From: a virus
DNA length: 64,000 bases
Virus record (IMG/VR): IMGVR_UViG_3300035698_006513
Strand: one strand, 5' to 3'
Below the pieces are notes generated by a model, which saw nothing but the letters and a program-made list of their open reading frames with translations, did not search any database and was not told the origin of the DNA. A program made the position numbers and the translations under genes. Each line of letters opens with the position of its first letter. Positions within the stretch are counted from its first letter, which is position 1. Shown piece after piece: positions 38,637 to 47,203 of this stretch.

Positions 38637-41600
38637 ATGGGTAACTCAGTTCGCTACCCCAAAACTACGTTAACGGAGAAAGATATGCCTACATACCCAA
38701 TTTCATGGCCCGAGGAACTCACTCACCACATAGCTACGCATTGGTTTAATGAGGAATTTTCTATCCTAAGAGAGAGTCTGAGGGGAGCATTTCTTTCTGT
38801 TGAGGGTAAAATCGCAGGTATGCCTATTAAAGGCACAGTAGATGTAGCAACAGTATCTGTATTAACTGATACACCTGTTTACGACAATACTGCAGGTACG
38901 CTGACTGCTGCAGGAACAGCCACAATAACACCCATAGACGGAATCACACTCGTTGTAGGAAGCCGCATACTGGTTAAAGATCAGGTAGACGCAAAACACA
39001 ACGGATTATACGTAGTTTCTGTTCTGGGGGATGGCGCTACTGTAGGTTATGTACTCACTCGCTCTGTAGACGCAGATGAGTCCGTAGAACTGACAAACAA
39101 TATGATTGTTGGTGTTAGAGTAGGGACTATCAACGATGACAAGAGATTCCAACTCACAACCGACGACGCTCCTATAGTGATAGGGACTACCGACTTGGTA
39201 TTTGAAGAGTATACCGGCGGCGGGACTATGTGGGTAGACATAGGATCTGATACTGCAGCGGTCACAGGGTCCGGGTATCTAATATCTGCTGCTAGTAATC
39301 CCGTAGACCTGACTTTACCCTTGGCACCTAATGTCGGTGACCAAGTAAAGGTCAAAGTTTACGACGTTACGAATCCTGTAAACGTATTAAGGAACTTCGC
39401 GAACATACAGGGAGCAGCCAGTGACTACCCTGTAACAAATCTATCTGGATTCTCACTTGTCTACGCAGGCGCAACAGAAGGATGGACAATAACAGACAAT
39501 ATTATTGTACCTCCGATACTAACTGCAGACCAGATAGCGTCATTCCCTGTAGGGGCTAGTGCTATCAATCCATTAGCACTTGCGTCAGACGCACGATTCC
39601 CTACTACGGATGAAAAAGCGTCATTTCCTGCAACAGCCAGTGCAGCATTACCTTTGGCACTGGAGTCTGATACGCGTTTCCCCACTGCTAACGAGAAAGC
39701 ATCATTCCCTGCTGGAGCAACAGCAATAAATCCTCTGGCGCTACTATCAGACATTGAGGGGTTAGAGTGGACGGTCATATCTGCAGATACGCTCGCTGTC
39801 AATAAAATCGGGTACATGATAGACGGATCTACTTCTACCGTAGACCTAACTCTCCCACTAGGACCTTCTGTGGGAGACATTGTTGGTGTCGCCGCTTTCA
39901 ATGTAACTAACACAGTTCGGGTTATGCGAAACGGCAGCAACATCAAGAGTATAGCAGACGATATAGAGTTGGATGTGGAATCTGGGTTTACCTTGGCCTA
40001 CACTGGAGCTACTGCAGGTTGGATTTTAGTTACTGAGATTTCGGGTGGTGAAACAATAGCTACGGTATTTGACGGTATATACTGCGTTAAAGGCACAGTC
40101 ACCACTAAGCATGACACGATTGCCGCCGCCTTAGTCGTCGCTGGTGGGTCCGGTCTCGTGTTAGTAGGACCGGGGTCCTACGCAGAATCTATTACTATAG
40201 ATGGAGATGAGACTGTTAAGTCGTTAGGTGGCGCTAACGTAACTTCAATTACAGGCGCTGCTGCTACTGGAGCTCGGGTAACATTTGCGGGGACTAATTC
40301 CAAGATAAATGGTTTTAGTATACTTCAACCCACAGATGCTACTCCTGCTATTCTTCATAATCATGCAGGTGTTAGTACCGCTAAAGACTGCTTCCTTGCA
40401 GGATCCGGGGCAAGCGGTAAAGGTGTATCCTTAACCGGTGCAGGGACTATGATTGGTTCTGGCATCACTTACGTTTCTGGTACATGCGATACAATATTTG
40501 AAGTAGACGGTGTCGGACACATGACAATCAACAACTTCTCTGTCATAGGGGCAACTGCTGCTGCAGCATTTAGTGCTAGTGGTGGAGGTAAACTATCAGC
40601 CCAGACAGGAAGTATTTCCTCTTCTACACTTACTGATGGATTCTTAGTTGCAGATGGGGATGTTACTATTGGCGAAGTCAATTTCCTAGACACAGGAACA
40701 ACTGTCAATGGTATTCACGCTACACACGCAGATTCACATATTGACGCTCACGGTATCAATATGGAGACAAATGTAGATAACCACATTTTAGTAGACCCTG
40801 CAATCATTCCTACAGCAGTTCATGTTTCGTCTGCGGATCTTATACGAGATAGAATTAGTTACGATGCAGCTGCAGCAGTAAGCGTCGCGATCCAATTCTC
40901 TGATTCTACAGAAGGAGATGTTGGAACCTGTTTTCATGGTGAAGTAGCTGTGGGTAGACCTGAAAATGGAAATGAGTTAATCGCAGGTGAGGGCGATTCC
41001 TATACCAGAGGTATGCAGGTACTAACGACAGACGGAACGGCTGACGCCACTACAGATGGTGGAAATCTTACAGACGTTTCCGCTGCCGCAGCTTCAGCTA
41101 GTGGGTCTACATTCACGTTCCAAGATGTAACCGCAGGTCATGCCATTATCGTAGGGTCATCTCTTTCGGGGGATACTGACGTACTCAAGCACTGGGGACT
41201 GAAGACCTCACAAACGACTGCTGCGGTTGAAGTTACTAAACGCTCATTCTTGGTAGAGAAGTCGACAACAGCTGGATGGACTCCCGTCGGAGTTATGACC
41301 ACACACTCCAGTAATTTTTATCGGTACGCGAATGAGCTCTTTATTCGCACGAACACCTCCGAGCACCTACGATATGGTCTGTCTGCTGAGTCGACATGGA
41401 ATAAGCGGACTATTAACGGCGATAATCTGTACTGGATGCGTATACGCATTCTTACTACGGTAACTACCGCTCCTGTGTTCGAGCAGTTCAAGTTATCCTC
41501 CAACCGTTTTGAAGCAAATGGGGACGGAACCAACACGTATCACGGTAATAGTCGCTACATTACTACCCTCCAAGGAATCGGTAATATATTTGCAGAATCA

Positions 41601-42131
41601 GGTGGAGTTGTTAATGGTAATATAGCTGTTGGATCAGGCGGTCTACCCACTGGTTGGAATCATGAATACCTAAACGCAGAACTGAATGCAGATGGCGATG
41701 CCACATATATGCAATTCAACCTACCTCGCGGTATAGACACGTCATTCCCCCTAGAAGTCGACCTGACTTACGGATTAGATGTCCAGAGTGCCACACCAGC
41801 AAGTCTGATTATGTCCCTTATTCCTGTAGAGGTGGCCGGTGTGATTGAGGCGGACCCAAGTGGAGGGACGGCACCAATCGCAAGAACTCTAGGCGAAACA
41901 GAAACACTCACAGGCAAAGTTGGCTATAGCGACACTCAGTCTATCGATGTTTCAGACTCAGACAAACTCCAGAAGACCACCTTCACAGGTTTTGACGTTT
42001 CCTCTTACTATGAGGGGGATATGTGTTTCGTCCGACTAGAGGGGGATAACATCAATACATCTGATATTATTATATTCTCCTTGGGTTTCCGTACGGTGTT
42101 CTGGACCAACGGTGAGCATCTAAACCTCTAG
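38637..42131 (+). CDS. Large tail fibre / virion adhesin-like protein
   Basis: RILVKDQ..NGLYVV..LTRS.DAD module; two copies of 'VDLTLPLxPxVGD' domain; 23-aa repeats; beta-helix-like middle. Confidence 0.75.
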   Translation: MGNSVRYPKTTLTEKDMPTYPISWPEELTHHIATHWFNEEFSILRESLRGAFLSVEGKIAGMPIKGTVDVATVSVLTDTPVYDNTAGTLTAAGTATITPIDGITLVVGSRILVKDQVDAKHNGLYVVSVLGDGATVGYVLTRSVDADESVELTNNMIVGVRVGTINDDKRFQLTTDDAPIVIGTTDLVFEEYTGGGTMWVDIGSDTAAVTGSGYLISAASNPVDLTLPLAPNVGDQVKVKVYDVTNPVNVLRNFANIQGAASDYPVTNLSGFSLVYAGATEGWTITDNIIVPPILTADQIASFPVGASAINPLALASDARFPTTDEKASFPATASAALPLALESDTRFPTANEKASFPAGATAINPLALLSDIEGLEWTVISADTLAVNKIGYMIDGSTSTVDLTLPLGPSVGDIVGVAAFNVTNTVRVMRNGSNIKSIADDIELDVESGFTLAYTGATAGWILVTEISGGETIATVFDGIYCVKGTVTTKHDTIAAALVVAGGSGLVLVGPGSYAESITIDGDETVKSLGGANVTSITGAAATGARVTFAGTNSKINGFSILQPTDATPAILHNHAGVSTAKDCFLAGSGASGKGVSLTGAGTMIGSGITYVSGTCDTIFEVDGVGHMTINNFSVIGATAAAAFSASGGGKLSAQTGSISSSTLTDGFLVADGDVTIGEVNFLDTGTTVNGIHATHADSHIDAHGINMETNVDNHILVDPAIIPTAVHVSSADLIRDRISYDAAAAVSVAIQFSDSTEGDVGTCFHGEVAVGRPENGNELIAGEGDSYTRGMQVLTTDGTADATTDGGNLTDVSAAAASASGSTFTFQDVTAGHAIIVGSSLSGDTDVLKHWGLKTSQTTAAVEVTKRSFLVEKSTTAGWTPVGVMTTHSSNFYRYANELFIRTNTSEHLRYGLSAESTWNKRTINGDNLYWMRIRILTTVTTAPVFEQFKLSSNRFEANGDGTNTYHGNSRYITTLQGIGNIFAESGGVVNGNIAVGSGGLPTGWNHEYLNAELNADGDATYMQFNLPRGIDTSFPLEVDLTYGLDVQSATPASLIMSLIPVEVAGVIEADPSGGTAPIARTLGETETLTGKVGYSDTQSIDVSDSDKLQKTTFTGFDVSSYYEGDMCFVRLEGDNINTSDIIIFSLGFRTVFWTNGEHLNL
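39520..39750 (+). repeat. About three 69-bp (23-aa) tandem repeats ASFPxGAxAxxPLALxSDxRFPTxxEK
   Basis: Visible in DNA (GCGTCATTCCCTG / GCGTCATTTCCTG / GCATCATTCCCTG) and in protein. Confidence 0.85.
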
Positions 42132-42140
42132 GAGAATACA

Positions 42141-42560
42141 ATGGTCTTGAAAATAAGCGAACTCTACCCTAAGTCTGTACTAGCTGCGAATGCTAGCACG
42201 GTGACGAGCAGTTTTAATAGCAATTTATCTGCTGCTGATCCCGTTGTGCAATCAGCACTTGAAACTCTAGATGATAAACCTATCATCACTTCTGATCAGG
42301 CAGCTGCATTTCCAACTGGTGCTGACGCAAGCAATCAGCTTTTAACAAGTGGCAGATATGAGAACGACCTATCGGCTGTCGTTGATGCTACCAGACTTCA
42401 AAGTGCTACCTTTACTGGCTTTGACATTTCTAAATACTATGAAGGAGATATGTGTCTTGTTCGTGTAGATGGGAATAGCATTGGTTCTGCCGATATTATT
42501 ATTATGTCACTTGGGTTCCGTGCTGCCCATTGGACACATGGCGAACACCTAAACGCATAG
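42141..42560 (+). CDS. Mosaic mini-fibre protein built from parts of both neighbours
   Basis: N-terminus matches 42570 ORF; C-terminus matches 38637 ORF. Confidence 0.7.
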   Translation: MVLKISELYPKSVLAANASTVTSSFNSNLSAADPVVQSALETLDDKPIITSDQAAAFPTGADASNQLLTSGRYENDLSAVVDATRLQSATFTGFDISKYYEGDMCLVRVDGNSIGSADIIIMSLGFRAAHWTHGEHLNA

Positions 42561-42569
42561 GAGATTATT

Positions 42570-43397
42570 ATGGCTCAGAAAATTAGTGAACTTTTCCCAA
42601 ACTCTGTTCTTGCGGCTAATGCCAACACAGATACTAGTAACTTTGATACCAAACTTTCGGTAGCAGACACAACGGTACAAGCTGCACTTGAAACTCTTGA
42701 TGCCCATGTTGGTGTAGCTCTTAAAGGTTTTTACGATGTTACTGGCTCAGCAGGTAGTGATCAAGATATAGCTGTTCCTGCTGGCTCAACCTCTTTTAAA
42801 TTCAGAGGAGTGGCAGCAGGTGGTGGTGGAGGTGGAGTAGGTGCTTTCTACGATAAAGGAGGCGGTGGAGGCGCTGGAGAGTATGGTGAAGGATATCTGC
42901 TGGGTTTGACAGGAGTAACTCATGTTCGTATAAATCTTGGAACAGGTGGAGTAAAAGCTGCAGCTACTAATCAGCGTGGAGGGACTGGCGGAGATACCGT
43001 AATTTCTAAAGTGATAGCAGCTACTCCTACTTTACTGGCAACTTTGAAAGGAGGCACTGGTGGGGCATCTGGTGATGACTATGGCGTAGCAGGCCCTGGT
43101 GGTACCGGTGGTACTGTACCAATTAACTCTTTTCTTGTTGATGGGCCAAATGGTAATGACGGACGGAATTCAGGAACGACAGTGAATCATCACTATTACT
43201 TAGGAAATGGAGGTAATAGTAAATTAGGTAGTGGTGGGAAATCAGGATCAGATCGAATAGGAGCGGGGGCAGGTACTGGAGATGTAGCGACTGTTGGTAA
43301 ATATGGTGGTGGAGGCGCTGGCGGGATATACGATACAGTTGTTTTTGATCCATCTGCTGCTGGAGATGGCCGAGTTATTCTAGAATTCTTTGGGTAA
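42570..43397 (+). CDS. Glycine-rich tail-fibre-associated protein
   Basis: AAGGGGGG, GGGGAGEY, GGGGAGG, GDGRVILEF glycine-rich domain pattern. Confidence 0.75.
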   Translation: MAQKISELFPNSVLAANANTDTSNFDTKLSVADTTVQAALETLDAHVGVALKGFYDVTGSAGSDQDIAVPAGSTSFKFRGVAAGGGGGGVGAFYDKGGGGGAGEYGEGYLLGLTGVTHVRINLGTGGVKAAATNQRGGTGGDTVISKVIAATPTLLATLKGGTGGASGDDYGVAGPGGTGGTVPINSFLVDGPNGNDGRNSGTTVNHHYYLGNGGNSKLGSGGKSGSDRIGAGAGTGDVATVGKYGGGGAGGIYDTVVFDPSAAGDGRVILEFFG

Positions 43398-43553
43398 AAT
43401 GAGGTGTAATGATGAGTCAGAGTTGATCCTTTCTTTAGTTATCTTCCATCCTCAGTTCAAGTTTATGTCTCGTATCCAAACTCTACTGTCCGAGCAAACT
43501 CTACCATCCAGCACGGTGTCGAATACGTCGCGTAGCAGACACGCGTACCCAAT

Positions 43554-43600
43554 CAGCTAAAAAGAAGACGATCCCTCCTCCGTACTCGTCTTTTTAGCTG
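43554..43600. terminator. Bidirectional terminator between convergent units
   Basis: CAGCTAAAAAGA..GACGA / TCGTCTTTTTAGCTG inverted repeat. Confidence 0.6.
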
Positions 43601-43897
43601 TTATACGCGAACCGGAGGCAGACTCACTTCCCCTTGTCTAGGTCCGCATAGGATACGCCAAGCCTCAAGCAAGCATTCTCCTTTATCCACAAACATATTC
43701 CCCGTAATCTCTTGGTATCTCAAGAAAGATAGCCATTTACCTTCCACAGGGAAATACGTACAGAAATAATCAGGTCGCACTTTCTGGATAGCCCTGAGTA
43801 TTCTCTCCTTGCTGTTTACCTCTCTCTGAAGATCTGAGCAACAGGATCCGTTGTAGCATCGCCTATCCGTGGCGTAGTGTAGTCTCGGTTCTTTCAT
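43601..43897 (-). CDS. Hypothetical protein
   Basis: GGAG RBS; ends VSLPPVRV, a tag-like C-terminus. Confidence 0.6.
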   Translation of the reverse strand: MKEPRLHYATDRRCYNGSCCSDLQREVNSKERILRAIQKVRPDYFCTYFPVEGKWLSFLRYQEITGNMFVDKGECLLEAWRILCGPRQGEVSLPPVRV

Positions 43898-43931
43898 TGT
43901 ACATCTCCATTCGTTCTACTAGTGAGTATCC

Positions 43932-44084
43932 TTATATAAACACCTGCGGCATTTGAGCCACTCTCAACCTAGAATCTTCCTCCTCTACGATTAAGTTGTG
44001 AAGGTAACGTATGTCATCCGCACTCAAATTCAGTATCAAAGACACTTCCTCGCGCACAGGTATGACTAATTTCATTGTGTCCAT
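43932..44084 (-). CDS. Minimal 50-aa paralog-family member (not in ORF track)
   Basis: Own translation: MDTMKLVIPVREEVSLILNLSADDIRYLHNLIVEEEDSRLRVAQMPQVFI. Confidence 0.75.
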   Translation of the reverse strand: MDTMKLVIPVREEVSLILNLSADDIRYLHNLIVEEEDSRLRVAQMPQVFI

Positions 44085-44086
44085 GC

Positions 44087-44605
44087 TTATATCCTTACCT
44101 GCGGTACGCGCAATGTACCTATATTCTCCACGTCATCCAGTGACTGCAGCAGTTCGCACAAAAAGCGTAATACCGACATACCGATAGTATGAGATACTTC
44201 ACTTCCCTGTCTCCATACCATAAAAGTTCCATGCATCCGTACACGCACATCTCTAATTCCTGCGTATATAGTATTGTTCTCGTAATATTCTGCCGTACGC
44301 TCTGCTGCTATATTGTGTATTACGTAATCAGACTCTGGTAATCCCCGTGATACACTGCGGATGTCCGCATGACCAAACATACCCATCACATGTGTGTACG
44401 GAGACCACCTATTCAGTCCACAGTAGGTATTAACTTCAGGGGAAGCCTCTACCAATACACGCGAAACGCCATTACATGGCTGCGATTTTATTTCAGCCGC
44501 ATAGCGTATTAAACGCAGCCATGTTTTCAGTGTAGATGCGTTTATGTCCTGTATTATAGAAAAGCAGTCACTGACGGGTATGATTAGTTTACGTGTTACA
44601 GACAT
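44087..44605 (-). CDS. Paralog-family protein (array 2)
   Basis: RKLIIPVSDCFSIIQDINASTL; ends TLRVPQVRI. Confidence 0.75.
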   Translation of the reverse strand: MSVTRKLIIPVSDCFSIIQDINASTLKTWLRLIRYAAEIKSQPCNGVSRVLVEASPEVNTYCGLNRWSPYTHVMGMFGHADIRSVSRGLPESDYVIHNIAAERTAEYYENNTIYAGIRDVRVRMHGTFMVWRQGSEVSHTIGMSVLRFLCELLQSLDDVENIGTLRVPQVRI

Positions 44606-44877
44606 TATATCACCACCTGTGGTAATTGTACGTCTGCATTACTGTGTTCCGCGTCTAATCCTGTTAGTATATCTAGCAACAGTACCCATACGCACGCGGG
44701 TATACGCCGAGACGCAACGTCTAGACGCATATAACGCAACCTCGTACCCACAACAGCCGCACGTGTACACACATGATCCATCTCTGTTAACAGCATCGCC
44801 ACCAGCTCTGCTGTAAGATTTATTACTAAGGTCTGTACCGTACCAACAGGTATTACCAGACGCATAGGTTCAGTCAT
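44605..44877 (-). CDS. Short paralog-family protein (array 2)
   Basis: MRLVIPVGTVQTLVINLTAELV; ends DVQLPQVVI. Confidence 0.75.
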   Translation of the reverse strand: MTEPMRLVIPVGTVQTLVINLTAELVAMLLTEMDHVCTRAAVVGTRLRYMRLDVASRRIPACVWVLLLDILTGLDAEHSNADVQLPQVVI

Positions 44878-45503
44878 ATTATCACCATCGGTATACTGGG
44901 TTTGTGTATTATATCCGGCTCAGACGCAGATGGTATACGTTGGTACAAATAATCCAATTCATTCTTACTCATACACATTGTTCTGTGCTTCTCTGGATAC
45001 CCATTCGCCGTGCTTACTATACCCATACCCAGCATAATACCCGATTGACCCGATTGACTCGTTAGCGTTACAGATGAAAGACGTCGTACTAGTACACTAT
45101 CCGCATCAGAGTGTCCGTCTCGGTATGTCTGTAACGTGGGCGCGGTTAACTCTGAGTTCAGATGCAAATACGTGTAATCTTCCATTGACTGCAGATACGC
45201 ATCATTTAAATTTATATCCATACGTGGGTCTGTATGCAGTACGCGTGAGTACGATAATGGTATTTCTGTCATCATATAAGTAGACAGGTCAGTACACCGT
45301 ACGCTTAATTCCGGCCTAACTAAGTCCCTGCCTCCCAGTGTATCCGCAGCTACTTTAGTAGCAATCATAAGCTCTTGCCAACTGCTTATTACGCTATGTG
45401 TAACAGCCACCAACAAAGACAAATCATCTCGGTCATCCATCGCCATTGCTGCATACAAAACCGGCTCTTTGTAATCAAACACATCTTTCTCCTTTATGCG
45501 CAC
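44874..45503 (-). CDS. Paralog-family protein (array 2)
   Basis: LSLLVAVTHSVISSW; ELDYL; ends KPSIPMVII. Confidence 0.7.
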   Translation of the reverse strand: MRIKEKDVFDYKEPVLYAAMAMDDRDDLSLLVAVTHSVISSWQELMIATKVAADTLGGRDLVRPELSVRCTDLSTYMMTEIPLSYSRVLHTDPRMDINLNDAYLQSMEDYTYLHLNSELTAPTLQTYRDGHSDADSVLVRRLSSVTLTSQSGQSGIMLGMGIVSTANGYPEKHRTMCMSKNELDYLYQRIPSASEPDIIHKPSIPMVII

Positions 45504-45576
45504 AAACGCAAATCCGCGCGTTTCATCCGCACACTCTACATGAAATGCGTTTATATGACTTTAGGTACATACGCAT

Positions 45577-46107
45577 CTATCCGCACATAAACGGTGGTAT
45601 CTGTATCCGCTCTATTGGCTCAGCGCAGTCCTCTTCCTCCATTACATCAAGTAGGTAGTCTAGATTATCTCGCCACAGTACATACGTGTTCTGTGGTGGG
45701 TTAGCGTTATATGAGATTGACCAGACTATTCCATCCTTTGCTTCGTCAGACACATACTTTATCTCGTACTTACAAGAAAGAGACTGGTTAAGACTTTTCA
45801 ACACATACGCGTCTAGTGTAGGTATACCAGGTATATCCTGTGGGTCATTTAAGTCTACCGTCTTATTGTCAGTAAGATATAGAATACCGGGCGTACCTAT
45901 ACCTGCGAACCTATACTTGGTGCGCTATACATCAGTTATAGAACAGTTAGTACAACTAGACCATGCGATTCCATCCGTCAACTCCTCTAGCAAGTCTATA
46001 ATACGGATACACTCTTTTACAAACGCAGTGTCTATATCTATCAACAGCGACTCCGCAACGTAAAAGTAATCGTCCAGGTTTAACATTAACTTTCTACGCA
46101 TAGACAT
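45577..46107 (-). pseudogene. Paralog-family gene interrupted by one in-frame TAG (45925-45927)
   Basis: The two track ORFs share a frame and the intervening 120 nt are open; ends RIQIPPFMCG. Confidence 0.75.
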
Positions 46108-46115
46108 CTCCTTCC

Positions 46116-46295
46116 TTATAATAAGTTACCTACATTAGGTAGCTGTACGGCTCCTACCACTTCACTTCCAGTCTCCGGAGACTCTTGCATGTTCCGCACT
46201 ATCATATCGTGTACAGCCATTAACTCATACAGATTTAAACTGTATGATGCATAATCGCTCAAACCTAACATCGGTAACAATAGGTTATAATCCAC
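46116..46295 (-). CDS. Minimal 59-aa paralog-family member (not in ORF track)
   Basis: AGGAGG RBS; MDYNLLLPMLG...LNLYELMAV...AVQLPNVGNLL. Confidence 0.65.
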   Translation of the reverse strand: MDYNLLLPMLGLSDYASYSLNLYELMAVHDMIVRNMQESPETGSEVVGAVQLPNVGNLL

Positions 46296-46309
46296 AGCTC
46301 ACTACCTCC

Positions 46310-46861
46310 TTATAGCAACAGTATGTTAGGTAAGACGGGAGTCTGTATTGTCTCAGTAGTCCTTTGCGATGTGGGACCGTACTCTTCAAATCTACATATC
46401 GTGCTATATATCAATTCTAGTGTACCCATATACATGTGTATAGATTTGAAGATTGTGCCATTGAACAAGGAGCACCAATACAATACGCAATTACCTTCCC
46501 ACCTTGAACAGGTAATACTCATGCCGTCTAATGCACTTACTGTTACAGGAGGCATTATATTGAACATACCAGGCACACTGCGTAGGTGTGCTCCAGCAAG
46601 ATCATACGTAGAATCACCATCACCAGAAAATATTGAAGCTGTAGGTAGACACATAGAGGAAATCGAGTACGCATTCAGCGTATTATCAACACAGTAGAGG
46701 TCTTTCTGCGTCAAATTATGTGTAGTTTGTGTGTCTATCAGCGACGTGTACGCACCAATCATAGATTTTAAGTAGTTCATGTACGAGGAAGAAAGTTTGA
46801 TACAGATAGTACTTCCGGTTGACCATCTTGTTGGGACAGCAAGATAATATTGCATAGGCAC
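46310..46861 (-). CDS. Paralog-family protein (array 2)
   Basis: YYLAVPTRWSTGSTICIKLSSSYMNYL; ends TPVLPNILLL. Confidence 0.75.
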   Translation of the reverse strand: MPMQYYLAVPTRWSTGSTICIKLSSSYMNYLKSMIGAYTSLIDTQTTHNLTQKDLYCVDNTLNAYSISSMCLPTASIFSGDGDSTYDLAGAHLRSVPGMFNIMPPVTVSALDGMSITCSRWEGNCVLYWCSLFNGTIFKSIHMYMGTLELIYSTICRFEEYGPTSQRTTETIQTPVLPNILLL

Positions 46862-46863
46862 TC

Positions 46864-47105
46864 CTATATAATAGGTACAGATGGCATCGAAACACTACTA
46901 TATGGTGCCGACGCATTCATCTTTCTCCGAATACCCATGAGTGTAGATATATATACAATACACGTAGTTACATGTACCAGCCTACCTTCTCCAAGGTCTG
47001 CTCCATCATCTCCCGCCAGTCCGCTATCTCCTCCATAGTAACTGGTAGTAGAATATTCTTGTGCATAGGATCTTGCGTACCTAGCAAAACATGTATCTTT
47101 TCCAT
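46864..47105 (-). pseudogene. Frameshifted paralog-family member
   Basis: AAAGGAG-ATG 47105 gives MEKIHVLLG...NILLPVTMEEIADW, stop at 46968; the tag VSMPSVPII lies in another frame ending 46864. Confidence 0.6.
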
Positions 47106-47203
47106 TACTTACTCCTTTATGCAAAAAAATACCCCTCATACCATTGCTTACCTGTGATTATAGGTATGAGGGGTCTACTCACTCTCTTGTTACACATATG
47201 ACA

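Noticed and set aside
41960-42560. Diversity-generating retroelement TR/VR pair in fibre C-termini
   Set aside because: Differences involve all four bases and are largely synonymous rather than adenine-specific; no reverse transcriptase in the window.
43928-43940. ATAAG promoter-motif copy (also at 46113)
   Set aside because: Explained by a stop codon plus RBS (TAAGGA) of the mini genes.
45925-45927. Genome-wide TAG recoding
   Set aside because: TAG ends clearly complete genes (nrdJ, the kinase, the fibre), long genes are intact in the standard code, and no CTA-anticodon tRNA is seen.
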